Of a DNA stretch of 64,000 nt, positions 22,441 through 32,413 are shown piece after piece. Numbering within the stretch: the first letter of the stretch is position 1; the number at the start of each line of letters is the position of its first letter. Under the pieces are notes generated by a model. The model saw nothing but the letters and a program-made list of their open reading frames with translations. It ran no database searches and was not told the origin of the DNA. The stretch comes from a virus (lineage: Duplodnaviria; Caudoviricetes). Both the position numbers and the translations under genes were made by a program. The stretch is taken from positions 64,001-128,000 of the IMG/VR virus record IMGVR_UViG_3300031867_000005, one strand, 5' to 3'.

Positions 22441-22839
22441 TCACCTCTTCAACATATCGTTGTGATAAATTGATTTGACTCTATATTTAGAATTAGTTAA
22501 AATTTCGTTTAAAGTAATATTGTCAATTTCCCAGTAAGGGATTCTAATTAAAGGGATGCTATGTGCCAAACAGTAACTGTTCTTCTTCCTATCTCTTTCC
22601 TACTATTTAAGAAAATCAGAATACTTCTTATGAAAATACGGAGTATATTTGAAATGTTGCTACCCATCAACTTCCAAACAAAACAAAATTTTTCCATTAA
22701 CGAAAACTCCAAAGTCATAACGTAAATGGGATTTCTTTTTTCCTTTTAAATCCTAAAAATTTATTTCTCTTACATATGAAATTCCGTTTTTTCTAAAAAG
22801 TTCTTCAATTTTCTTTTCCCCTTTTGAGCTCTTAATCAC
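22441..22839 (-). CDS. Stand-alone Vsr/DUF559-like PD-(D/E)XK endonuclease; 4 TAG=Gln
   Basis: SKGEKKI...LRYDF...EVDG[Q]QHF...RDRKKNSYC...IPLIRIPYW. Confidence 0.75.
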
Positions 22840-23662
22840 AGTCTTCTCGCCGCCTAGGTGGTTTCTCATTAGAGGGCTTAGGAATAAAAACAGGATACGG
22901 CATCGGCATAAAAGCAACTTGCCCATTTTCAGGATGGTATTTAGGAACTTTATAAGGTTCTATATGGAATGTTGCAAGATGGTATAGGCTTCCGTCTCTG
23001 CAAGGAACTCCATGGGGATACTTTTTAATGATTTTCTTAATTCCTTCCTCCTAATTTAATCCTTTAATTCCTTCATAGAAATCACAATTTAAGTTAGCAG
23101 AAAAGTGGGTTGTATTAATTACATCATATTTTTCGTTTTCTTGCTCCTTTTCAATCATTTCTTCGCGCCAGCCTTCAAGCCCTACAATAATTTGACTTTT
23201 TGATTCATCAGAAAGTTCATAGGTGCCGCCATAGTAAATTTCTCTACCTTTTTCAATTTTAAATTCCTTATCAAACTTATCATAGAATATATTAAACATT
23301 ACATAGTATTTTTCATCAATCATGTAAATAACTTGAACTATATCATAATTTCTCCATTTAGCATCAAGATAAGTTCCAGTCTCATCCTCAGTGATAGTCG
23401 TAATGGTAACTGGGAAATAGTCCTCAGGCTTGTGGAAGTTATAACCCCTATAGTCACACAAATGTTTACCATGAAGTTCGCTTAATTCTCTATCTTCCTA
23501 AGGGTCGCCCAATACTCGTTGGATTAGTGCTGCAGTTTTGAGATAGTCTTCTTTAATTGAACAAACATCAAATTTCTTGCAAGTAAAGCAACGTATTGGT
23601 TTTATCTATGTATGTGGTGGCGGTTCATGAATGTTAATGGGAGTTAAAAAGTGTTCTTTCAT
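22832..23662 (-). CDS. Hypothetical protein, 276 aa; 3 TAG=Gln
   Basis: RBS GAGGTG + ATG; CxxC...C near N-terminus; ends overlapping next start. Confidence 0.7.
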
Positions 23663-23759
23663 TTTATCACCTCTTTTCTTTATTGCGGCCGCAACAACCG
23701 TTCTATTATTAAAGGTGGAATTTAAGGGGAAAATTTCTAAGATTTTAGAAGAGGTTTAG

Positions 23760-23859
23760 TTGCTAAAGATTTAAATTGGAGCGACGAAGTCGCCAGCCTG
23801 CTTCTGCGCTGCTGCAGAAGCCTTTCTTTGATTACTTTCTTTTGGGAAAAGAAAGTAAT
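23760..23859 (+). other. Three-hairpin element, copy 1
   Basis: GCGAC-GAA-GTCGC; GCTTCTGC-GCTGCT-GCAGAAGC; TTACTTTCTTTT-GGG-AAAAGAAAGTAA; covarying homolog at 62433-62529. Confidence 0.8.
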
Positions 23860-23866
23860 ACTATAT

Positions 23867-23974
23867 GATAGGAAAAATTTCACGAATCGGTAGGAAAAAT
23901 TTCACGAATCGGTAGGAAAAATTTCCTGGAACGATAGGGAAAATTCCACGAACGATAGGAAAAATTTTCGCACC
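23867..23974 (+). repeat. Iteron-like array 1: five 21-22 bp direct repeats
   Basis: Consensus G(A/G)TAGGAAAAATTTCACGAA(T)C, periods 22,22,22,21; inverted partial copy at 23993-24005. Confidence 0.9.
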
Positions 23975-24052
23975 ATTTTTTTTGAAGTTTTTTTCGTGGA
24001 ATTTTACTTATATAATGGCGAAAGCCAGAAAAAATAAAAAGGAGGAATTTTC

Positions 24053-24904
24053 ATGACAAGAACAAATCCAAAATAGGCCGCACCAATGCCTAAAAAAGAA
24101 TCGTCAATTACAGATAATCCAATGAGGTTATATACTTATTTAGTCTGTATTTCAGGATTAGCTGACTACCCAGATAATACAAGAATGTTCAGACAGAAAG
24201 ATTTAACTTTAACTAGAATACAAGAAACAACTGGAATAACTCCAAAAACAGCAAAACTCTATCTTTATTGTCTTGAATAGAATGGGTTAATTAAATATCG
24301 TGGTGATACATCTTTTAATTTTGTCGATGAAACAGTTTTTGAGAAGAAAACTGAATTAAGAAAAGCGAAACAAGATGAAGCAAGTAGAATCTGGAAATAT
24401 AGAAATAAATATGAGAAGACTGGTGTTTATCATATACCTCGACCCATCCCCTATACGCCTGTCCCAGAAATTACATTAGAAAGATTAAATAATGAGTTTA
24501 ACATAAATGAATTGGAATTAAAAATATATTTATTATGTTGTTCTTATAGAGATACTTGTGTTAATGAAAATAGAAGTTTTAAGGTATTAACTTTTGAAAA
24601 AATTAGAGATACTATAAAAATGACCCTGGATGCAAAAAATAACGCAGCAATTAGAGGAGCACTTGCTTTTCTTTATGGAGTTGGACTGATTGATTATACT
24701 GAAGGTGCTATAGATAATAGAAAAGGTGGTAAGATACCATGTTTTAAATTAAAGGAAGTTTACTACTATATTTCAGATAAAAATAGAAATGTTGATTTTA
24801 CTGGATAGGAAGAAGAGAAAGATAGCGTTTTTAAGGAAATTTAGGAACGTATAGAAAATGGTTTTTATAAAATTGAGAATCTAGAAAATAACATTAAAAT
24901 CTAA
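24053..24904 (+). CDS. Tandem winged-helix protein, putative replication initiator (Rep-like) 1; 4 TAG=Gln
   Basis: RBS AGGAGG; LYTYL...TTGITPKTA...LE[Q]NGLI and KIYLL...LAFLYGVGLI; follows iterons; paralog at 62728. Confidence 0.6.
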
Positions 24905-24971
24905 CCAGATAGTAACTATTAACATTTTTCTAACAAACAAAAAGGAGAGACAGTCGCCTCTCCTTCCCTTA

Positions 24972-25034
24972 TCATTCAATTTGACTAAAATCACAATCTT
25001 CTGCCTTTTTATCCTCTCTCCAATTCACAATCTT
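24972..25034 (-). pseudogene. Displaced original 3' end of the DNA ligase gene
   Basis: KIVNWREDKKAEDCDFSQIE* aligns without gaps to the ligase end KFIQERPEKNYIDCDFSQISGE*. Confidence 0.8.
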
Positions 25035-25897
25035 TAGATTGAATTTATTAAATTCTATAAGTATTCTTCATTAATTTTCTTGTAATCAGTATAAGGAATT
25101 TCAAAGAGAATATATTTTTTTTCTTTACAGTATTTTCTTTTTATTTCATCATTTTTTAATTGTCTTTCAAATCTTTCTTTACCGCCTGGAAAACCTGTTG
25201 ACTCATAATGCTATTGACCCTAATATTCAATAAAAATTTGAAAATCAGGAAGATAAAAATCAAAAAATAAAGGGAAATTACGGTAACTGTGTAAATCATT
25301 TGGAGAATATTGCTCTTGATAATTTATCGCCATTTCTTTTAAACAATGGCATATCAACTGTTCTCCTTTTGATTTTTTGATGCATCCGCAAGAAAAAGTC
25401 TTGTTTTTTATTAAATTACTATAACTAATAATCTATCTCTTTCCACAGCTACACTCACAAAGCCAATAAGAGTTCCTCTAATCTTTTTTCTTATCACTTT
25501 TCTGTATAACTCTCCAATGACCATATATATTACCTGATAAATCTCCTGTCCTATAAAAATGATTTAAAGATATGTTATATTTCTTCGCAATATTATCAAT
25601 TATATAATTACAATTAGTTGAATTTTTCTAATATCCAAAATTCTCTAAAGCTTCTTTATAACTAGTGGAATTCTATAAAATAGAGATAATTTCATCATCT
25701 GAAAAATTCTACCATTTCTATTTAGAACCTTTTATCAACTTAGATATATCTATATTATATTTATTAGCTATTTCTTCTAATATAGAAGTTTTCACTGTTT
25801 CGGCATATCCTAATTTTAGGATTACTTCTTTATAAGTTTTACTTGTATTTATTATTGAAATAATTTCTTCTCTAGAAAAGCGTTCATATTTTTTCAT
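25034..25897 (-). CDS. Free-standing putative homing endonuclease (Zn-ribbon + Vsr-like PD-(D/E)XK), 287 aa; 9 TAG=Gln
   Basis: Duplicated N-terminal FS.EEIISI...SYKE..GY unit, WLCECSCG...SCGC, KSKGE, FDFY, IEY[Q]GQ[Q]HY. Confidence 0.8.
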
Positions 25898-25956
25898 TCA
25901 ATCACTCCTTTTTATGTTAATAGTTATTTTACTATTTATAAGTAATTGTAATAATA

Positions 25957-27093
25957 TTATTCTCCAGAAATTTGGGAAAAGTCGCAATCTATATAATTTT
26001 TTTCTGGTCGTTCTTGTATGAATTTTGCATGGCGCAAAGAATAATTCTCATCAATTTTTTCTATTTCCATGCAAGTAATTTCATAAACTTTATTAATGTA
26101 TTTTTCTGGATGACGGACTATTCCCTCTCGCATTTCATCGGGGATTCCTGAAATATATCCAATATGAAAAGGCTTTCCATTTTTCATAACTGAAATTGAT
26201 ACTGCTGCAGCACGCTCATAAAAATAGTTTTTAGTTACTGGTTCCCATGGCATACCCATACTGTATTCAAAATACATATTTTTATTTTCTTTTTCACCCG
26301 TTTTAATATTTTCGTAATATTGCCAATTTTTAATTTCCTTACCATTATAAAGTCTAGTTGGAAGTTTGTAGCCGCCATCAAGAAAGGCATCAATTGTTTG
26401 TTCGATTTCCATTTTAACTTTAAGAGTTTTTCTAGCAGTTCTCTTCCCCGGTTCTGGCTTACTGTCATTACGAGTTATGACGATACCCTCGCCACCAGAA
26501 CTTAAAGTTTCTCCGAGTAAATTCCAGAGTTCTTCACCCTTAAGATACTTAGCAAACTCAACATAAGGATTGGTTCTTTCTTCTTTAAATCGCTTTTCTA
26601 ATTCTCCAATAAACTCAAAGCGTTTTTCCGCAGTCGTATTAAGAAAAGATTTTCCATTATAAGACCATACATCAAAGATATAATAACTTAATTTTTCTCC
26701 TTTTTCTTGTCTAATAATAGCCTTATCCATAAGACACCCCAGAATTGTTGTCACTTTTCTAGAACCTCTTTGATTCGGAAAGTAAAGTTCTCCCAAAAGA
26801 CAAGTCCCATTAGGAAGCCAATCAAAGAGAGATTTAAGTTGCGGCACCCATTCGTGTTTATCAAGATACTCTCCATTTACAGACTTACTTCTTCCTTGCA
26901 TTCTGATATTACCATCTTCGTCTTTGATAAGACGACAGTAATGTCCATCTTGTTTAAGACTCCCAGAAAAAATACCAGATAAGATGAAGTTTTTAGTCTC
27001 TGCTTTTGCGTCTCCTTTGTAAGTTTTGGGGAAAGACCAATACTTTTCAGCAGGAAGTTCTGTAAATGAAATTCCATCAATATATCCTCTCAT
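25957..27093 (-). CDS. ATP-dependent DNA ligase
   Basis: KQDG, GELY, YIFDV, EGIV, LKVK, SLRH motifs. Confidence 0.85.
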   Translation of the reverse strand: MRGYIDGISFTELPAEKYWSFPKTYKGDAKAETKNFILSGIFSGSLKQDGHYCRLIKDEDGNIRMQGRSKSVNGEYLDKHEWVPQLKSLFDWLPNGTCLLGELYFPNQRGSRKVTTILGCLMDKAIIRQEKGEKLSYYIFDVWSYNGKSFLNTTAEKRFEFIGELEKRFKEERTNPYVEFAKYLKGEELWNLLGETLSSGGEGIVITRNDSKPEPGKRTARKTLKVKMEIEQTIDAFLDGGYKLPTRLYNGKEIKNWQYYENIKTGEKENKNMYFEYSMGMPWEPVTKNYFYERAAAVSISVMKNGKPFHIGYISGIPDEMREGIVRHPEKYINKVYEITCMEIEKIDENYSLRHAKFIQERPEKNYIDCDFSQISGE

Positions 27094-28007
27094 AATAATT
27101 CCTCCTTAATAATATCTTTATCTGTTATTTGTCCTTTAATTATAATTAAAGGAATATTGTTCTTTTTACAATATTCTTTTTTTAAATTATCTCGCCATTG
27201 CCTGTCTTTAAAATCTTCTTCTCCTCCATAATATTTTATGGGATAGAAATGCTATTCTCCTTGATACTCTATTAAATAGCATAATTTATCATCTTTAAAA
27301 ATGGCAAAATCAAATCTTAGAGGGTGTTTCTTCCCTCTTAAATCAGAAAAAGAATATTCTTTAATATAACTTATATCATTTTGTATTAAAATTTTTTCTA
27401 TTTCTTTTTCATATGAAGACTTTAAACACCCACAACTTTTAACGTTGCCATTTCGTATCAGACTGCCATTTTTAACACAATCTTTTCCACATAATAGACA
27501 CTTACAATTCCAATATGCGTGTTTTTTCTCAGCAGTTACTTTTTCATTTAAAGACAATATTTTTAAATAATTATAAGTTTCACCAGACATATCAATTAAA
27601 TGAGTATCTCTAATTCTCTCTTTATTATAGCATCCGCAAGATTGAGTTTTCTTTGAAATTAATTGTCCTGCTGCTACAATTGTCTTATTTCCACATTTAC
27701 ACTGACAATTCCAAAATAAATCTCCATGAGAATGTTTTCTAGTTTCTTCTTCATTAATTGAAATTGCAGTTAAATAGCCAAAGGTTTGATTAGAAAGATC
27801 TTGTCCTCTTACTTTTCGCATTGTTTCTTTCTATAAACATCCACAAGACTATGTTGCACCACTTTTTAAATGGTCTATTCTTATTTCTTTTTGATTACCA
27901 CATTCACATTCACATAAATAATAAGTTTGATTATTTTTTCTTATTCTATGACTTATAACATGTAATCTACCAAAATAAGAATCATAATAATCCACTCATT
28001 TTCCCAT
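27090..28007 (-). CDS. Free-standing putative homing endonuclease with three Cys-rich repeats + PD-(D/E)XK; 3 TAG=Gln; TGA at codon 4
   Basis: CxCxCG...SCGC x3, LRFDF, IEYQGE[Q]HF; ends ATGA-overlapping the ligase start. Confidence 0.75.
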
Positions 28008-28091
28008 TTTATCACCTCTATTTATAAGTAAAATACCAAGTTTCTCTTATAAGGTTTTGGGATTTTATTATAACATAAATTAAAAGAAAAG

Positions 28092-28589
28092 TCAAGCATC
28101 TGCTTGACTCATTTTTACTTTCATTTCAACTGCCAGCGCATCAACATATTGATTAAATTCATCTGTTGAATGACCTTTTACTTTAATAAAAATAACCTTT
28201 ATAAATTGCTCTTCAAGTTCCTTTATAAGGTCATAAGTATCTCTGATGATAAAGAGGTTCTCAATTGGCTCATGCTTCTTTCCGCTAGTCCAACCATTTT
28301 TCTTCCAGTTCTTTGTCCATTGAGTATAAATATTTATTGAATAAGCGGAATCAGAATAAATTTTAATTATGTCGCCTGGAAGAGATGCTCTCTCTGCATC
28401 AATTAATGCTTCCATAATAACAGTAAGCTCCTGTTCATTATTTGTTGTTTTCTTAGCACCGCCGCTAGAATGTGTTGCAATTTCTCCGTTTTGAATTCGA
28501 GCATACACCCAGCCGCCAGGACCTTTAGAATATACACCATTATTATTTGTCAATGTGTAAGCACCATCAGTATAATACTTAATTACCAT
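28092..28589 (-). CDS. rnhA: Ribonuclease HI
   Basis: YTDGA, GPGGW, TTNNEQEL, YSDSAY, WKKNGW, VKGHS...NQYVDALA. Confidence 0.92.
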   Translation of the reverse strand: MVIKYYTDGAYTLTNNNGVYSKGPGGWVYARIQNGEIATHSSGGAKKTTNNEQELTVIMEALIDAERASLPGDIIKIYSDSAYSINIYTQWTKNWKKNGWTSGKKHEPIENLFIIRDTYDLIKELEEQFIKVIFIKVKGHSTDEFNQYVDALAVEMKVKMSQADA

Positions 28590-29094
28590 TACTAATCTCC
28601 TTATTATAAAAATCAATTGCCAATTCCTTTAATTCATTAAGCGTTCCATCATTGTCAATTATAATATCATAGTCAACACTCATTACATTATCATCTGCGG
28701 CGTTACCATATTTTTTAAGGTCTCCTCTCTTTACAAGTATTACTTTGGCCGCAAAGTCATTCTTCAACCTAATTATATCTTCTTTCTCTCTAGCATCTAC
28801 AAAGACAGCATTAACGCCATCATTTTTAAAGCTCATAATGTCCTCATAAGTATAAGAGTAAGAGTAATTACAATATCCATCACATAATTGCTTCAGATTA
28901 TAAAGAAAAACTCTATCTCTATTTTCTTTGCTAATTCCATCCCATCCTACGCTTTTTGCTAATTCTTTAACTCCATTAATCATAGATGTCTTTCTTACTT
29001 TCATCCTATCCATTTTCCAAGCAATTTCAGAAACAAAATCTTCAAATTTACTCTTTCCTACAGCTCCCTGTCCATTAACAATAAAAACTTTCAT
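28579..29094 (-). CDS. Deoxynucleoside monophosphate kinase-like P-loop protein
   Basis: NGQGAVGKS, VFVDARE, YDIIIDNDGTL. Confidence 0.7.
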   Translation of the reverse strand: MKVFIVNGQGAVGKSKFEDFVSEIAWKMDRMKVRKTSMINGVKELAKSVGWDGISKENRDRVFLYNLKQLCDGYCNYSYSYTYEDIMSFKNDGVNAVFVDAREKEDIIRLKNDFAAKVILVKRGDLKKYGNAADDNVMSVDYDIIIDNDGTLNELKELAIDFYNKEISNGN

Positions 29095-29994
29095 TCAAAT
29101 CTCTCCTAAAATCTCATATTTTCTTTTATCATACTCCCAATTCCCAAAAAAGTCAATATGAAAACCATATTGTTGTCTTAAATTAGAAGGTATTATATAA
29201 TTATTTATATTATCTTCTTGTGGTAAGTTAGCCCAATTCTGTAGACTAAAAAGAAAATTAATATCATCTAAAAGCTAAGGCTTTTCCTTTTCATAATAAT
29301 AGAAAACTAATCCTTTATAGTCTTCAATCTATCTAAGTAACTCTTGGTCTTCTTCAATTTTTCCAGTCAATTTAATTAATGCTAAATTATTAATATGTAA
29401 TAAAAAATAATTATCGCCCCATTCATTATTTTTTCCATTTAAAAACTTCACAAAGGAGACAATTTTTTCATCATTAAACTAAATTTTGTCTTTTTTTAAA
29501 TATCCAATATGATAAAAAATCTATGAAGTTTGAATCTACTCAGGGGTAAAATCTATAAGAGGTTTCCAAGTAGGACATAGGAAATTCTTAAATTTTTTCT
29601 TATCATCTATTACATTATATAGAGGATTAACTGGCTATACAATTATACACTATTTTTTTCTTTGAAGAGAATTAGTCTTTAAAATACTAATTCTTTTATC
29701 TTTACCTAAATATTTTTTAGTATTAAGAGTTTTTCCTAATATATAAATTTGAAAATTGAACTAACAAATTGCCTAAATATTTTTTAATATTTTATAACAA
29801 ATTAAACTCAACAGGTCATCCTTATAATCAATAATAAAAATACGTTCGGAACAGTTTTGAAATTGAAATTCAAAATTATTCATTTTTCTGTTAATTAACC
29901 AATTTGTTTGTTCTTCAATAGACCAATTTTTATTGGGATAATATTTTAAATTTAAATCGTATAGAACCAATTTTCGTTTTGCTTCAACGAGCAT
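29095..29994 (-). CDS. Hypothetical protein, 299 aa; about 9 TAG=Gln
   Basis: RBS GAGGTG; readthrough ends at TGA directly before kinase ATG. Confidence 0.75.
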
Positions 29995-30025
29995 TTATAT
30001 CACCTCATCTTCACTCTCTAATAAA

Positions 30026-30190
30026 AGTATATCAAAAAATAAGGAAAAAGTCAATATATTTATCAAAGAAGAGATTGTTTGTTATTGCGTAGCAATAACA
30101 AACAACAGATTACTTTTACGAAGTAAAAGTAATCTGAGAACAAAGTATTGATATTATATATTTGACTTTTTTTAAAAAAAATGTTATTAT
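30026..30190. promoter_or_regulatory. Divergent sigma-A promoter pair at the strand switch
   Basis: Minus TTGACT(30054)-17-TATACT; plus TTGACT(30162)-17-TATTAT. Confidence 0.75.
30075..30136. repeat. Two abutting perfect 14-bp inverted repeats with 3-nt loops
   Basis: TTGTTTGTTATTGC-GTA-GCAATAACAAACAA and CAGATTACTTTTAC-GAA-GTAAAAGTAATCTG. Confidence 0.92.
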
Positions 30191-30213
30191 ATTAATATAA
30201 GGAGATGATTAAA

Positions 30214-30462
30214 ATGACCTTAACTTATAAATTGTATAGGGATGTTGTAGGTAGGACGGCAGCATGTCTTAATTAGGAGTTAAGAAAAATGAATATTTCT
30301 ATTAGAATTATAAATAAAAATAGAATGATAAACGGAAATAGTCTTGTTGGTATTTTATAGTCACATATGAGATTTGGTGATGTTATAAAAGTAATTTTTG
30401 AGGAAGAGAAGCAATCCGAAAGAATAAGAGAATTATTCAATGAAATAGGGAGGGAAATATAA
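30214..30462 (+). CDS. HPr-like protein, 82 aa; 2 TAG=Gln
   Basis: GRTAA...INGNSLVGIL...FGDVIKV matches HPr fold pattern; His15 absent; TAATG coupling to next gene. Confidence 0.65.
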
Positions 30463-30749
30463 TGGCTTATAGATGTGTTACTGTTTCAGCAGAACCGAAC
30501 GAAGAAATTTTAAAAAAAATTTATAAGATTTTAAACCAAGAAGATGGTTATTTTAATACAAGATTTCAATTGCGTTTTATTGGTTTTGAAGCTGAAAGAG
30601 GAACTGAATTTAAGATTAACAAAGTTAAAAATAAAGTTCCATCTACTGGATATTTTATTACGCCTTATGATGGAGCGGGGTATATGGTAATAAATTCATT
30701 AACTTTTGATGATGGATGTAGTAATTAGTCTTTTTATATTATATATTAA
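30462..30749 (+). CDS. Hypothetical protein; TAG=Gln at 30726
   Basis: Readthrough ends at TAA beside next RBS. Confidence 0.65.
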
Positions 30750-30760
30750 GGAGTGATAAA

Positions 30761-32413
30761 ATGGGACAATTTAATCCTTTTATAAAAAGTAATTATAATG
30801 ATTTAAAAGTTGTCATAGATTCAGCTTTGTCTTCAACTTCAGAGAATCCGGTATAGAATAAGACTTTGAATGCAATTATTAATGGAAATGGAAATGATAG
30901 TATTCATTATAAGATTATATCAGAAATTGCTAATGTTGTTGCAAATGCTCCAGAAGATTTAAATACGCTGAAAGAAATTGCAGACTGGATTGATACTCAT
31001 GAAGATGATGCAGCCGCTATGAATACAGCGATTCAAGAAAATAAAAGAGCTTTATAGAATTTAGTTGGTAAAAACGTTACTGGAACCGAGTATACGATAA
31101 ATGGTTCAACTGTTTCTGCAGGAACAGGAGCTGAAATATTTAATGATTATTCTGATAATATGTCAGCAGGAGACTATTCTCATGCTGAAGGAAATGGAAC
31201 CGAAGCAATAGGTAATTATTCTCACGCTGAAGGACAAAATTCTTGTGCTGAAGGAGAAGGTTCTCATGCTGAAGGATTAGATACCCACGCAAATGGTATA
31301 GCCTCGCATACAGAAGGATATCAATCATATTCAACGGGAGACTATTCTCATGTTGAAGGATACGGTACATATACAGATACAGATTATTCTCACGTTCAGG
31401 GGAAATATAATGCATATAATACAGAAAGAAAATATGCTTTCATCATTGGGAACGGAACTAGTAATAACAACCGTTCTAATGCATTTGCCGTTGATTGGGA
31501 TGGATTGATTTATGTAAATAATTCATCTACGGGGATAAACCTAAAATCTTTATTCGATGAAATGACTAATAAAGTAGATAAAATAACTGGGAAATAGTTA
31601 TCTACAGAAGACTACACAACAGCAGAAAAAACAAAACTTGCTGGTATTGAACAATTAGCAACAGCAGTTGGTAAAAATGTCACAGGGACTAAATATACAA
31701 TAAATGGTTCAACTGTCACCGCTGGTGATGGTGCTGAAATATTTAATAATTATACCGCCAATAAAGCATCAGGCTTGGATTCTCATGCCGAGGGACTTAG
31801 TACAACTGCATCAGGAGAGTGTTCTCATGCCGAAGGAGCTGGTACAACCGCATCAGGACGTTATTCTCATGCCGAGGGACAAAATACAACCGCATCAGGT
31901 GATTATTCTCATGCCGAAGGAGCTGGTACAACCGCATCAGGCTTGGATTCTCATGCCGAGGGACTTAGGACAACCGCATCAGGCTTGGATTCTCATGCCG
32001 AGGGACTTAGGACAACCGCATCAGGCTTGGATTCTCATGCCGAAGGAGCTGGTACAACCGCATCAGGCTTGGATTCTCATGCCGAGGGACTTAGGACAAC
32101 TGCATCAGGTGATTATTCTCATGCTGAAGGAATTGGTACAACCGCATCATCTACACAACATGTTCAAGGACGAAACAATATTAAAGATGAAGCTGGCCAA
32201 TATGCTTTTATTATAGGAAATGGAACGGATGATTCAAATCGTTCCAATGCATTTGCTGTTGATTGGAATGGATTAATTTACGTCAACAATGCACAAACCG
32301 GTGTCGACGTGTCCAAAATGAAAACAATTTGGCAAGGGACTCAAGAAGAATATGATGAATTAACTTCAACAAATGAATATGACTTTTATTGTATTTATGA
32401 GGAGGAAGATTAA
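30761..32413 (+). CDS. Tail fibre/adhesin with SHAEG beta-roll repeats, 550 aa; 3 TAG=Gln
   Basis: SSTSENPV[Q]NK, KITGK[Q]LSTEDYTTAEK, two blocks of 14-aa SHAEG repeats each closed by IGNG...RSNAFAVDW. Confidence 0.85.
31767..32150 (+). repeat. 42-bp coding tandem repeats (about 9 copies)
   Basis: GCATCAGG...TCTCATGCCGA(A/G)GGA...ACAACC units, several identical. Confidence 0.9.

Noticed and set aside
23867-23974. CRISPR array interpretation of the 22-bp repeats (also 62534-62640)
   Set aside because: Contiguous repeats with no unique spacers and no cas genes; geometry fits iterons
27996-27998. TGA also reassigned
   Set aside because: Single case; TGA ends many genes with ATGA overlaps
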